Below, piece after piece: positions 27,597 to 36,961 of a DNA stretch of 64,000 nucleotides. Position 1 is the first letter of the stretch; the number at the start of each line of letters is the position of its first letter. A program made the position numbers and the translations under genes. The notes beneath the pieces were generated by a model, which was not told the DNA's origin, made no database searches, and saw only the letters and a list, made by a program, of their open reading frames with translations. Source of the DNA: Candidatus Undinarchaeota archaeon (GTDB taxonomy: Archaea; SpSt-1190; JASMDC01); the NCBI GenBank assembly GCA_964519305.1, contig CAZFHY010000006.1:32001-96000 (forward strand), written 5' to 3'.

Positions 27597-28613
27597 GTGG
27601 ACCCGCGCCTCGCCGACGCAATCCAGGAGAAGCATCTGAACGCGCTCCTCGCAGCTGACGAGGATACGGTGTTCTATCTGACCGGCTGCCTGCGGCAGGA
27701 GGCTGCGCTGGCGGTGGTAACCCCCGAGCGTATCGCGGTCGTTGTCCCCAAGTTCGAGCGCACGCGTGCCGAGGAGGACGCTCGTGAGGGGGTCGAGGTA
27801 CTGCTGTATGAGGACTTCGATAGCAAGCTCTACAAAGCTGCAAGGGCCTTGATGCCCGGTCAGCCTCATCCGAGGGTCGCGTTCCCTCACAAGCTCACCC
27901 CGCACCACACGGCCCGGACACTTCGCAACCGGCTGCGCTCGGTGCGCTGGACCGATGCCACTGCCTTGCTCGACGGCCTGCGCTCGTGCAAGACCGACGA
28001 CGAGGTCGCCCGCCTGCGTCGCGCGTGTGAGGTTACCCGTGGTGTGCTCGACCGTTTGATGGAGAACGGACCGGGAGATGCTACCACCGAGGGCGAGCTT
28101 CGGGCCGAGGTGGAGGGCTCCTTCCTCCGCGAGGGCTGTGAGATCGCCTTCCCATCGATCGTGGCGGCCGGACGCAACAGCCGGTTGCCCCACGCCAGTA
28201 CCACAACTGCACCTCTAGAGGGGGTCGTGCTGGTGGACTGTGGCGCACGATATGCCGGCTACTGTGGGGACATGACACGTACCATCCCGCGGACCGGGGA
28301 ACAGGAGGATGTCCTCGCCCGCGTCAAGGAGGCGCAGCAGGCCGCCCTGCGAGCGATCAAGCCCGGAGTTCCCCTAGTGGACGTCGATGCGGCGGCGAGG
28401 GAGGCATTGGGCGAGCTCGCTGAGCGCTTCACCCATAGTCTGGGTCACGGTGTGGGCATCGCTGTGCATGAGGCGCCCACGGTGAGCTCGAAGGCGGAGG
28501 GCACTGTGGAACGTGGAATGGTGTTCACGGTCGAGCCCGGTGTCTATATGGATGACTGGGGCGTCCGATGGGAGGACTGTGTCCACGTCACCGACCGGGC
28601 CCGACCGCTCTAA
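27597..28613 (+). CDS. Xaa-Pro peptidase (M24 family)
   Basis: 'VLVDCG..GYCGDMTRT', 'HSLGHGVGIAVHE', 'FTVEPG', 'GVRWED' metal ligands. Confidence 0.93.
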   Translation: MDPRLADAIQEKHLNALLAADEDTVFYLTGCLRQEAALAVVTPERIAVVVPKFERTRAEEDAREGVEVLLYEDFDSKLYKAARALMPGQPHPRVAFPHKLTPHHTARTLRNRLRSVRWTDATALLDGLRSCKTDDEVARLRRACEVTRGVLDRLMENGPGDATTEGELRAEVEGSFLREGCEIAFPSIVAAGRNSRLPHASTTTAPLEGVVLVDCGARYAGYCGDMTRTIPRTGEQEDVLARVKEAQQAALRAIKPGVPLVDVDAAAREALGELAERFTHSLGHGVGIAVHEAPTVSSKAEGTVERGMVFTVEPGVYMDDWGVRWEDCVHVTDRARPL

Positions 28614-28653
28614 AACGGAAGATTTTAACTACTTGGCCCCTTTTGCACATCCC

Positions 28654-29970
28654 ATGGCCTCGGAGGATATCTTCCAGCTAAGCGAAAAGCTCAGCCAGTT
28701 CAAGACCACTCAGGATACCGTGGTCACCAAGCTCACTTCCATCAGTTCTGACATCTCCAAGCAGCTCAAGGACGTGCGAGGCGAGCTCGTCCAGTTCACG
28801 AAGGAGAAGCAGAACATCCAGAACATGGGGTTCAAGCTCGAAGTGATGGAGGCCGAACTGGGCAAGCTCAGGACAAAGCTCGACCAGTCCGATGATACCA
28901 TCGAGACCACCCTCAAGGACGAGACCACCATCCGCGCCAAGGTTTCCGAGCTCATCGGCAAGGTCGTTGACCTGGAGACGAGGCTCAACGAGGCCGAGTC
29001 CAGCTTCCTGTCGAGACTTGCGCACATCGATGCCGTGTCCGCCGAGGTATCCAAGATCCATCTCACCATAGAGCACATGGAGAACGTGCTCGACTATCAC
29101 GAGAACGATTCAGAGGGTCACAAGACCCGTATCGAGCTCGCTCACGAGCAGCTCGACGAGGTCCAGGAGGCGCTGACCAAGTCAACGACGTCCGCCCTGG
29201 AGACGGCTAAAGAAGTGGGCATCTTCAAGAAGTCGCTCACCGGCTTCACCGAGGACATCTCCCGTGTCGACGGGAAGCTCGCGGAATTTGGCTCACGGCT
29301 GGACAATGCGTCTTCCGAGCGCAACGCCATCACCGGGGACGTGAAGGAGCTGACCTCACGTTTCGACGGCCTGCAGGAGAACGTGTCCACCGCCTTCCTC
29401 GTCAAGGACGAGGTGAACCGGAACAAGCGCGAGCTGGAGGAGCACCGGGACCGGATAAAGGACCTCCAGCGCGTGAGCACCCAGATCATCTCACGGCTCC
29501 AGGCAGAGGAGGAGACGGTAAAGGAGGTGCTGGAGCGCGAGTCCAAGAAGCGACTGACCGCCCTGGAGAAGGACCTGAGCGGTATGGTCGACGAGCGTAT
29601 CAAGACGTTCACTGCCCGCCTCGACGAGGAGGCCAAGGCCGTAGAGGCCCGCGCTGCCACGCTCGAGGAGTGGAGCAAGCGCATGGCCGCCAAGGAGAAG
29701 GAGATAGACTCCGGACTGGCCCGCCTCGGCGTGGTGAAGGAGGGCGAGTTCGAGACCCTGAAGGGGACCGTGAGCGCCCTGAACACCTCTGTGTCGAAGC
29801 TGGAGAAGGGGCAGGCGAAGGAGATCAAGCAGACGTCCGAGCGTCAGGAGCGCGACCACGGACGCCTCAAGAAGCTCGAGACCAAGATGGACAAGACCCT
29901 TGAGATGATCAAGGGGCTGTCGGATCACATCAACAAGGTCAACGACAAGGTCGACCTGCTGCAGTTCTGA
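28654..29970 (+). CDS. Long coiled-coil protein, about 438 aa
   Basis: Continuous heptad E/K/L-rich sequence, no TM or NTPase motif. TTTTAA box ~28 nt before ATG 28654. Confidence 0.85.
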   Translation: MASEDIFQLSEKLSQFKTTQDTVVTKLTSISSDISKQLKDVRGELVQFTKEKQNIQNMGFKLEVMEAELGKLRTKLDQSDDTIETTLKDETTIRAKVSELIGKVVDLETRLNEAESSFLSRLAHIDAVSAEVSKIHLTIEHMENVLDYHENDSEGHKTRIELAHEQLDEVQEALTKSTTSALETAKEVGIFKKSLTGFTEDISRVDGKLAEFGSRLDNASSERNAITGDVKELTSRFDGLQENVSTAFLVKDEVNRNKRELEEHRDRIKDLQRVSTQIISRLQAEEETVKEVLERESKKRLTALEKDLSGMVDERIKTFTARLDEEAKAVEARAATLEEWSKRMAAKEKEIDSGLARLGVVKEGEFETLKGTVSALNTSVSKLEKGQAKEIKQTSERQERDHGRLKKLETKMDKTLEMIKGLSDHINKVNDKVDLLQF

Positions 29971-29973
29971 GAC

Positions 29974-31647
29974 CTAAGCTCCGATCTTTGCGAACACCAG
30001 ATTGGTGACAGCGTCCAGGTCCTCGCGGGATTCGACGCGAAGCCGTTCCACCTCGGTCCGAAGGTCTCTTACGTAGGCCTCGTCGGTGATGTCGGCGAGG
30101 TTGATGAGCACGTTCATGGCCGCGCCCTCTACACCCGCGAAGGCAGTGAGCGCACCGACACCAGCGTCAGTGATGGACGCGGTGTGACCCTTCTCGGCAG
30201 CGAACCGTGCCTCGGCCAGTGCCTTCCGGCAGTCGCGCAGGGTGGTCAGAGGCACGTTGGCGGCCTCCTTGTAGGCGTCCTGGATGGCCTGCGAGCGTAC
30301 CGCCCGCTCCTCATCTGTCGCCTTGGGCATCCGCATGGCGGTGATTACACAGTTGAACGCCTCGGTGTCCCGGTCCACGGCGTCCACGAGCCGCTCCCGC
30401 AGCACGTGGGCCGCAGCGCCGTGCTCGAGCATGACCTTGCGCTTGTCCCGGAGCCGGGGCTTGCCCGCGGTGATGGCGTCCACCATGGAGGCCAGTCCGG
30501 CGCCAAGAGCACCGGTCAGCGCGGCCACTGAGCCGCCGCCGGGAGCCACCGTGTCCCTCGAGACCTCCTCCACGAGGCAAGAGGCGGACAGGTCCATGAG
30601 CGGTGAGACGCGGGGCAGGCGGTACTCCACTACCTTCATGTCAGGATCAAAGGGAGCGACCGAGTCGAGCCCCAGCGACTGGCGCGCAGTGGTGACCAGG
30701 TCGCGACGGGGCACTGAAGTGGACCTGCCCTGTCGCTCAAGGTAGTACTGTCCTGCGACCAGAAGGGCGTCCTCGGGCACGAGCCCTACGACCTCCGAGC
30801 CAGTGACCACGACGCCGAGCTTCTCGGCCTCCTCCCTGCACGCTTCGTACACGACATGGACCGGAGTCGCCCGGTGGTCTGTGATGTTGATGGACACCTG
30901 GGCGCATCCGTACTCCTCGATATACCAACCGATGGCCTTCACACCCTTCAACCGGCCCTTGGTCCAGACGAAGCTGCCGTCCTTGTTACGCAGCGGCTCG
31001 TGGAACTCGTTGTACTCGGGAAGGCCCTTCTCACGAACAGCGCCCCCGATGCGGCGAGCGAGCTTGGCGTTGGTAGTGTTGAGATTGACGTTGTAGGCTA
31101 TGAGGAACGCCCGGGCGCCGATGACCGTGGCGCCGCTCCTGGCGTTGAAGGTCGCCGGACCCAAGTCGGGCTTCCACTCTTTGTCCTTGAGCTTCTCGGC
31201 CAGCCCCTCGTACTCGCCATCGCGGATGTCGGCAAGGTTCTTGCGCTTGGGGCTGGAGGCCGCGTGCTCGTAGAGATAAACAGGGATATCCAGCTCCTTA
31301 CCCACGCGTTCACCGACGCGACGGGCGATGGCCGCGCACTCGTCCATGGTGACGCCCCGGACCGGGACGAACGGGCACACGTCACAGGCGCCCATGCGGG
31401 GGTGGGCCCCCGAGTGGCCGGCCATGTCGATTACTTCGCTGGCGGCCTTGATGCCCTGGAAAGCGGCCTCCGCAACGGCCTCTGGTGTGCCGACGAGCGT
31501 GACGACGGTGCGGTTGGTGTCCGCTCCCGGGTCCACGTCCAGCAGGACCGCGCCATCGACCGCGCTGATTGCATCGGTGATGTGCTTGATCTTGGCCTTG
31601 TCCCGTCCCTCGCTGAAGTTCGGTACACATTCGACGACCTTGTCCAT
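29974..31647 (-). CDS. ftcd: Bifunctional glutamate formiminotransferase / formiminotetrahydrofolate cyclodeaminase
   Basis: 'VECVPNFSEGRD', 'HPRMGACDVCPFVP' and cyclodeaminase 'APGGGSVAAL'. Confidence 0.95.
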   Translation of the reverse strand: MDKVVECVPNFSEGRDKAKIKHITDAISAVDGAVLLDVDPGADTNRTVVTLVGTPEAVAEAAFQGIKAASEVIDMAGHSGAHPRMGACDVCPFVPVRGVTMDECAAIARRVGERVGKELDIPVYLYEHAASSPKRKNLADIRDGEYEGLAEKLKDKEWKPDLGPATFNARSGATVIGARAFLIAYNVNLNTTNAKLARRIGGAVREKGLPEYNEFHEPLRNKDGSFVWTKGRLKGVKAIGWYIEEYGCAQVSINITDHRATPVHVVYEACREEAEKLGVVVTGSEVVGLVPEDALLVAGQYYLERQGRSTSVPRRDLVTTARQSLGLDSVAPFDPDMKVVEYRLPRVSPLMDLSASCLVEEVSRDTVAPGGGSVAALTGALGAGLASMVDAITAGKPRLRDKRKVMLEHGAAAHVLRERLVDAVDRDTEAFNCVITAMRMPKATDEERAVRSQAIQDAYKEAANVPLTTLRDCRKALAEARFAAEKGHTASITDAGVGALTAFAGVEGAAMNVLINLADITDEAYVRDLRTEVERLRVESREDLDAVTNLVFAKIGA

Positions 31648-31741
31648 TGACATCCCGGCGCGGCACACCCGGACGAGGTTTAAGAACGTTTCCCCGCCGC
31701 CTGCCACCGGCCCCCACGGAGCTCAGGATGGTCCAAGAATG

Positions 31742-31763
31742 GTACTAAAGCATGTTTTAGTAC
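31742..31763. promoter_or_regulatory. Palindrome GTACTAAA-N6-TTTAGTAC
   Basis: Perfect 8-bp arms between endA and the ftcd promoter. Confidence 0.45.
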
Positions 31764-31796
31764 TCTTCATCCGATTTGATAGATAACAGGTACTGA

Positions 31797-32378
31797 CTAA
31801 GGTGTCACCCGGATGACCTGGAGGTAGGTGACGTCGCCCTCCGAGTCCACAACGCCCATCCAGATGCGCTTTTTTACCGAGTGGGCCAGGCGCACAAGGC
31901 GTGTGAGCTCGGGCACTGAGCACTGGTAGCTCTCTGACGTGGCGTGGACCAGGAACTTGGCATGCTCCTGGACGGAGCGACGGCCTTTGCGCGGGCGTAC
32001 CCCTCGCTCGTAGACCCGGAAGTGGGTGCCGTACTTGAGCCCGGATTTCACTACGTATCCGCGGACCCTTAGGTCGCGGTACACGCGGTAGCGCAGGAAG
32101 AAGTCCTCCTCTACCGTCGAAGCATGGCGCACGAGCCCGTCGATATCGAGTTTCTTACCCTCCTCGTCCACCACTTCGATGCGCTCACGCTCCAGAAGGA
32201 AATGGGCCTCTGAGAGGGAGAGCACAAGTGACGGGGAATCCTGGAACCACCCAAAGGAGCTCTTTGTGTGGAGTTCTTCGGAGAGGACCGGATCGCGCAC
32301 GGTGACAGTAGCACCGTGGACGACCGCTATCAGGTCCGCGGGCCCATCCTGGCCGGATTTGTCCGCGGATGTGCCCAC
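31797..32378 (-). CDS. endA: tRNA-intron (splicing) endonuclease
   Basis: 'VYRDLRVRGYVVKSGLKYGTHFRVY', the catalytic His of 'EHAKFLV', and 'RLAHSVKK'. Confidence 0.93.
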   Translation of the reverse strand: MGTSADKSGQDGPADLIAVVHGATVTVRDPVLSEELHTKSSFGWFQDSPSLVLSLSEAHFLLERERIEVVDEEGKKLDIDGLVRHASTVEEDFFLRYRVYRDLRVRGYVVKSGLKYGTHFRVYERGVRPRKGRRSVQEHAKFLVHATSESYQCSVPELTRLVRLAHSVKKRIWMGVVDSEGDVTYLQVIRVTP

Positions 32379-32380
32379 GA

Positions 32381-32812
32381 TCAGCCCACCACGAAGGTGT
32401 CCCTTAGGAGCTTGAACCGTTTTGACTCAGGGTCCATGGCGATGTAGCCCTTCTGGACGGCACCGCGGAGCCGCATGAGCGTCGTCTTCGCGTCCTCCTT
32501 GATCGAGCGGCTCTTGGCGAGCTGGGCGTTGATCTCGTGGATGGACGCATCGCCGCCCAGTTCCCGAAGTCCCATGCACGCCGTCAGCTCCATCTCCTTC
32601 AGGGGCTCACCGGAAGGCTGAGGGGGAGCACCGTCCTCGACAGGCGGTTCCGCTCCTGCCTTGGCAGGTGACGCTGCCTGCAGGTTGACGCCGCTCTGTC
32701 CGGCCACCAGCTTCTCCAGCTCGGCCACGCGCTTCTCCAGCGTTTCGTGACTGCGCCAGAGCTCCTGTATCCTGTGCACCCAGTAGGTCCAGTAGTGATG
32801 CTCGGTGTCCAT
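32381..32812 (-). CDS. Hypothetical protein: coiled coil plus C-terminal wHTH-like domain
   Basis: Immediately upstream of endA on the same strand. 'ASIHEINAQL..LRGAVQKGYI..RFKL'. Confidence 0.65.
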   Translation of the reverse strand: MDTEHHYWTYWVHRIQELWRSHETLEKRVAELEKLVAGQSGVNLQAASPAKAGAEPPVEDGAPPQPSGEPLKEMELTACMGLRELGGDASIHEINAQLAKSRSIKEDAKTTLMRLRGAVQKGYIAMDPESKRFKLLRDTFVVG

Positions 32813-32882
32813 CGCCCTCAACGACGGGACCGGTGGCGGAGAGATTTAAATGTTCTCCCCCTTCCCCCGTGCGGGAGCACCC

Positions 32883-33413
32883 ATGACCCATCATATCGGC
32901 GCCCTCTCGGGCCAGGAGATACGCGACCTCATCGACTCGAACGCGCTAATCACCGACTTCAAGAACATCGACGTCCAGCTCCAGAGCGCTGGGTTCGACC
33001 TGCGTCTTGCGGACGTTGAGGAGTTCGCGGACGTGCTCTCCATGGGCCACCTCGATTTCAGCAACGACAAGCGACGCATCCCCGGTACCCGGCCTCTCAA
33101 GCGGGCGAGCGGTGGATGGAAGCTCGAGAAAGGTGGCTACTATCTGGTGCGCGTCGCCGAGGTCATCAATATGCCCCGCGACCTAGTGGCCCAGTTCAAG
33201 CCCCGATCATCGTTAATCCGTATGGGTGGCACCGCCACCAACGCCTGGGTGGACCCAGGCTACCGTGGCCGGCTCCAGTTCGGGCTCGTGGCCCACCGCG
33301 ACCTGTTCCTGGAGGAGGACGCTCGTATAGTCCAGATTGTGTTCCATCGCACCAAGGAGTCCGAGGCGTACTCGGGTATCTTCCTTGACGAAGGCGTGAA
33401 GAAGGACAAGTAA
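32883..33413 (+). CDS. dut: Trimeric dUTPase (dCTP deaminase fold)
   Basis: 'AGFDLR', 'PRSSLIRMG', 'WVDPGYRG', 'RIVQIVF'. The Dcd catalytic Glu is absent after DPGYRG, which favours dUTPase. Confidence 0.75.
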   Translation: MTHHIGALSGQEIRDLIDSNALITDFKNIDVQLQSAGFDLRLADVEEFADVLSMGHLDFSNDKRRIPGTRPLKRASGGWKLEKGGYYLVRVAEVINMPRDLVAQFKPRSSLIRMGGTATNAWVDPGYRGRLQFGLVAHRDLFLEEDARIVQIVFHRTKESEAYSGIFLDEGVKKDK

Positions 33414-33423
33414 CGGTGCCGTC

Positions 33424-33552
33424 GTGAGCTTAACCTATGAGAAGAAGGCTGCGCTGCGCAAGCTCGCGGTCGAGAGGCAGGAGGGATTGATCGATCACGG
33501 TGCCATGGCCGTCATCGGTCCGATCAACAAGGGGGATGGCCGTGAGCGATGA
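33424..33552 (+). pseudogene. Possible N-terminal remnant of Tyw3/Taw3 methyltransferase (42 aa)
   Basis: 'YEKKAALRKLAVERQEGLIDHGAMAVIGPIN' resembles the Taw3 N-terminus but stops before the TTSSCSGR motif. Confidence 0.35.
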
Positions 33553-34504
33553 GAAGGAGCTGAGGTCGTTCCTGGATGCGGGCGGTCCGCTGGTCGTTGT
33601 GTACCACTGGGATGCGGACGGTATCTGTGCCGCGGCCTTGGTCGGACATGAGGCAGATGTGGACAAGTTCGTACCCTGCGGCAACCAGCTGGACGACGAT
33701 GTGGCCGAGGAGGTCCTCGAGGCCAATCCCGACCGTGTGCTCGTGGTCGATGTTGGAGGACTACAGCCGGGCGCCATGGCCTACCTTGCCTGCTCCGCCG
33801 ACGTGCTGGTCGTCGACCACCACCAGCGCGATGCCCCGCCCGACGGTATCGGATTCATCCCCCGGAAAGAACCAGTCAGTCTGGCAATCTACCGGCTGCT
33901 CGGGGGCCCTGCATGGATCGCCTGCGCGGGTGCACGAGGTGATAAGGGCGAGGACTACTGTCGCAGGGCGTTCCCCAAGGGCGACCTGCGTATAGCGCGG
34001 AGCATCATGGGCATGCTCAACTCCGGCAAGAACCTAAAAGGGAGGGACGGTGCCCGGGTGGCATTGGACGCGCTGATGTCGGCCAGTTCGCCCCGGGAGA
34101 TGGCCGAGGGCCGGACCCCCGGCGCACGCACCCTTAAAGGCTACGATCGCACCATAGAGCAGGAGACGAGACGGCTCATCTCTGATGCCAAGAAGAACGG
34201 GGATAAGCACGATGACCAGCAGCTCATGTTCTATGATATCCGCTCCGAGCTCAACCTCAGCAGCCGTGTGTCCAGCATCCTACGCTGGCGGATGAAGGGG
34301 TGGATAATCCTCGTGTACAACACTTTGATCGAGCCCGTGCCCCTCTCGGCGCGCACCACTCGCAAGGACATAAATCTTGTCGACCTGCTGACCGGTGCTG
34401 GGTTCTCATCATGCGGGGGTCACCCTGATGCCGTTGGTGGTATGACGTCGGCAGAAGAGCTCGACATGGCGACGAAGCGGTTGACCGAGCTGCTCTCGAA
34501 GTAG
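33536..34504 (+). CDS. DHH/DHHA1 family phosphoesterase (RecJ-like)
   Basis: 'YHWDADG', 'VVDVG', 'VVDHH' and 'GGHPDAVG'. Confidence 0.88.
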   Translation: MAVSDEKELRSFLDAGGPLVVVYHWDADGICAAALVGHEADVDKFVPCGNQLDDDVAEEVLEANPDRVLVVDVGGLQPGAMAYLACSADVLVVDHHQRDAPPDGIGFIPRKEPVSLAIYRLLGGPAWIACAGARGDKGEDYCRRAFPKGDLRIARSIMGMLNSGKNLKGRDGARVALDALMSASSPREMAEGRTPGARTLKGYDRTIEQETRRLISDAKKNGDKHDDQQLMFYDIRSELNLSSRVSSILRWRMKGWIILVYNTLIEPVPLSARTTRKDINLVDLLTGAGFSSCGGHPDAVGGMTSAEELDMATKRLTELLSK

Positions 34505-34506
34505 GC

Positions 34507-36234
34507 TCAGGCTTTCTCTTCACGGTCCTGGTAGGCCTTGAGGTATCCCTCGGTGCCGAAGAGGTACGTGCCGTCCTCCAGCTCCAGGGTCTTCAGATCG
34601 ACCTTTTTGTTGAACCGCTGGACGAACATCTCGTTGTCGAGGTTGTACTGCTCCTTCATGGTGCGGTTGCCCAGCAGGTGCTTGAGGAATCCACGGTCGA
34701 ACAGCTTGCGCTTGTGCCCCAGTTCGTGCTCCTCGCCATCGCGCGGTGCGATGTGTACGCCCCAGTCGCCCTCGGCCTTGTCGATGCTCACCTTGACCTT
34801 CGCCTTCGAGGCGACCTCGTTCACCTTCAGGAGGTCCTCCATGGGTTCGAGGCCTTCCTCGCCCACCTTCTCGAAGTCGAGCGTGTAGCCGTTGTCGAGC
34901 TCGATACCGTTGGCAGTGGGGAGGTGCTCGGTGGCGTTCACCTCGAACTGCACGTCGGGATTATGTTTGTAGCAGGTCCACAGGCTCTTGCCCACGTACC
35001 ACGCGCCAAGGGCGCCCAGCGAGACGGGGAACACGACCTCTGGGAAGAGGGCCGAGAGGCCTAGGCCAACGCCCGCACCGACCATGTGAGTGGCATAGGA
35101 TACTGTCTCTTCGGTACCGATCATCTGGAAGAGCTCCCGGTCGTAGCCCTCCTTCTGGTATTCGGGGTTGTTCTGGATGAGCTCCTCGCGGATGGCCACC
35201 TGGGTCTTGGGGGATCCGGCGTCCTTGATGGCCAGCGTCAGCTGCTCAGCGGCGAAGATGGTCCCGAGCGCACCTGCGGCGGGGACGACCTTGCTCAGCG
35301 GCTTGATGACCTCTGGCTGCATGAGGACCTTGAATGTCCCGTTGGCGCAAGAGAACCCGACCTCACGCACACGCTCTACCGCGCGCAGCTCCTCGAGGCT
35401 GTTCTCCTTCTGTCGCGCCTCATCGACCTTGCTGCCCCAGATGGGAGCAACGAGGCTCATGGTTACCTTGGGGACGAACTTGCTCATGATACCCATGGCA
35501 CCGGCCAGACCGTAGATGGCGCCCTGTGAGAATATGAGACCGGTGACGAGACCGTTGAGCATACCCTCGGCCCCCTCGCCGATGACCTCCGAGATCTGGA
35601 GTGTGCGGTACTCGTCATCCTTCTTGAGGATGTCGATGTAGTGCCCCAGTTTCTGGAAGAACCCGAGCTCCTCCTGCTCGTACGCATATACCTTCGTGTT
35701 ACGGTCCGTCTCGAAGAACGTCGATAGTGACTCCATATAGCGGTCGGATGCGCCCATACCGCTCATGACCCCGCCCAGGCTCTGCTCGCCTTCTATGGGC
35801 TTGTAGAGGAGGTCGAGCAACCGGTCCTCTACGCCCTGTTCCTTGGTGGCTGTGTACACCTTGGGGGCGTTCAGCTCCATGACGTTCATGGGGACCGTCT
35901 CGTGGGACGTGCCGTAGAACGCGGCCTTGTTCTTGCCGACGCGGATGCTCTCGATGTCACCTGCGCTGATGGCGTCCTCGCCCTCCTCGCTGTTCACGGG
36001 CTTGTAGAGGCTGATGCTCTCCTTCCCGTTCTCGCTGGAGAACGTGGCCAGGTAACCGCGGATAGTGGGGTCGGAGCGCGGGCCGTCGGTTGAGTAGAGG
36101 ACGTTGAAGTGGACATCACCCTTCAAACCCCCGGACGCGTACAGGAGCTCCTCGAAGGCCGGGTCCATGCCCAGGCGCTCCGCCCACTCCTGGTTGTCTT
36201 GGGTTATCTCGATGGTGTCCAACGCATATGCCAT
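34507..36234 (-). CDS. Hypothetical protein with central hydrophobic helices
   Basis: Long ORF with typical codon bias and TATATATA upstream (about 36284-36291). Confidence 0.8.
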   Translation of the reverse strand: MAYALDTIEITQDNQEWAERLGMDPAFEELLYASGGLKGDVHFNVLYSTDGPRSDPTIRGYLATFSSENGKESISLYKPVNSEEGEDAISAGDIESIRVGKNKAAFYGTSHETVPMNVMELNAPKVYTATKEQGVEDRLLDLLYKPIEGEQSLGGVMSGMGASDRYMESLSTFFETDRNTKVYAYEQEELGFFQKLGHYIDILKKDDEYRTLQISEVIGEGAEGMLNGLVTGLIFSQGAIYGLAGAMGIMSKFVPKVTMSLVAPIWGSKVDEARQKENSLEELRAVERVREVGFSCANGTFKVLMQPEVIKPLSKVVPAAGALGTIFAAEQLTLAIKDAGSPKTQVAIREELIQNNPEYQKEGYDRELFQMIGTEETVSYATHMVGAGVGLGLSALFPEVVFPVSLGALGAWYVGKSLWTCYKHNPDVQFEVNATEHLPTANGIELDNGYTLDFEKVGEEGLEPMEDLLKVNEVASKAKVKVSIDKAEGDWGVHIAPRDGEEHELGHKRKLFDRGFLKHLLGNRTMKEQYNLDNEMFVQRFNKKVDLKTLELEDGTYLFGTEGYLKAYQDREEKA

Positions 36235-36327
36235 GAAGCGCACCGTCCCTACTATGACTGAGGGGGTCTCGCTCAACAGGCGGTATATATAGGTTATGGT
36301 TGGGAATAGGGACTAGGGGATCGAAGG

Positions 36328-36570
36328 ATGACCGACAAGGATAAGGCAGGCTGGCCCGATGGCGAGCGATGGGGAGATCCGCCGGATATGCAGGAACTTG
36401 TGTACCGTATCCTGCGGGGGCTCAACACAGGAGACATAGATCTCAAGCATAACGAGCGGCCGCTCACTGACAAGGAGGTGCACGAGGTGCTGGCAGGCGA
36501 GATCGTCGGCGCCTTCGAAGCGGCCCGTTTCACAGGTGGCGCTATCCCACTCCGGCCACGCGCATCGTGA
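36328..36570 (+). CDS. Small hypothetical protein
   Basis: 80-aa ORF divergent from the shared TATA element. Confidence 0.5.
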   Translation: MTDKDKAGWPDGERWGDPPDMQELVYRILRGLNTGDIDLKHNERPLTDKEVHEVLAGEIVGAFEAARFTGGAIPLRPRAS

Positions 36571-36576
36571 GCGGTC

Positions 36577-36789
36577 TCACGCGTCAGGCCAGTGGAAGGC
36601 GTCCCCGGAACATACGTGGGTTGCGATCCATGCGTATCCGACGCCGATCCGACGCGCGAGCCCGGCGTAGAACGCTATGGCTTTCTGCCGATCGATCTCG
36701 ACCTGGATGAAGTGACTGATCGGTGGTGCCGTCCGGACGATGGTCGCCCGTCTTGTGACAAGTTCCAGAAGGTCATGGAGGGTGGACAT
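36577..36789 (-). CDS. Small hypothetical protein (uncertain)
   Basis: ATG at 36789 downstream of an AT-rich promoter-like patch. Competes with an overlapping plus-strand ORF. Confidence 0.3.
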   Translation of the reverse strand: MSTLHDLLELVTRRATIVRTAPPISHFIQVEIDRQKAIAFYAGLARRIGVGYAWIATHVCSGDAFHWPDA

Positions 36790-36961
36790 ACCCCGATACC
36801 TGTAGAAGAGGAGCGACCGCCGGTTCAAATATGTTGCGACTATACAACATATACATTATTGGCAGGCCCCGCGTATAGCGTTCTGTTTGTTGGGGTGAGA
36901 CCCTAAAAAAACTGTCCGGTTAAAAAGGCCCGAACGACTTCGTACTTGTAGGTGAAGCGAG

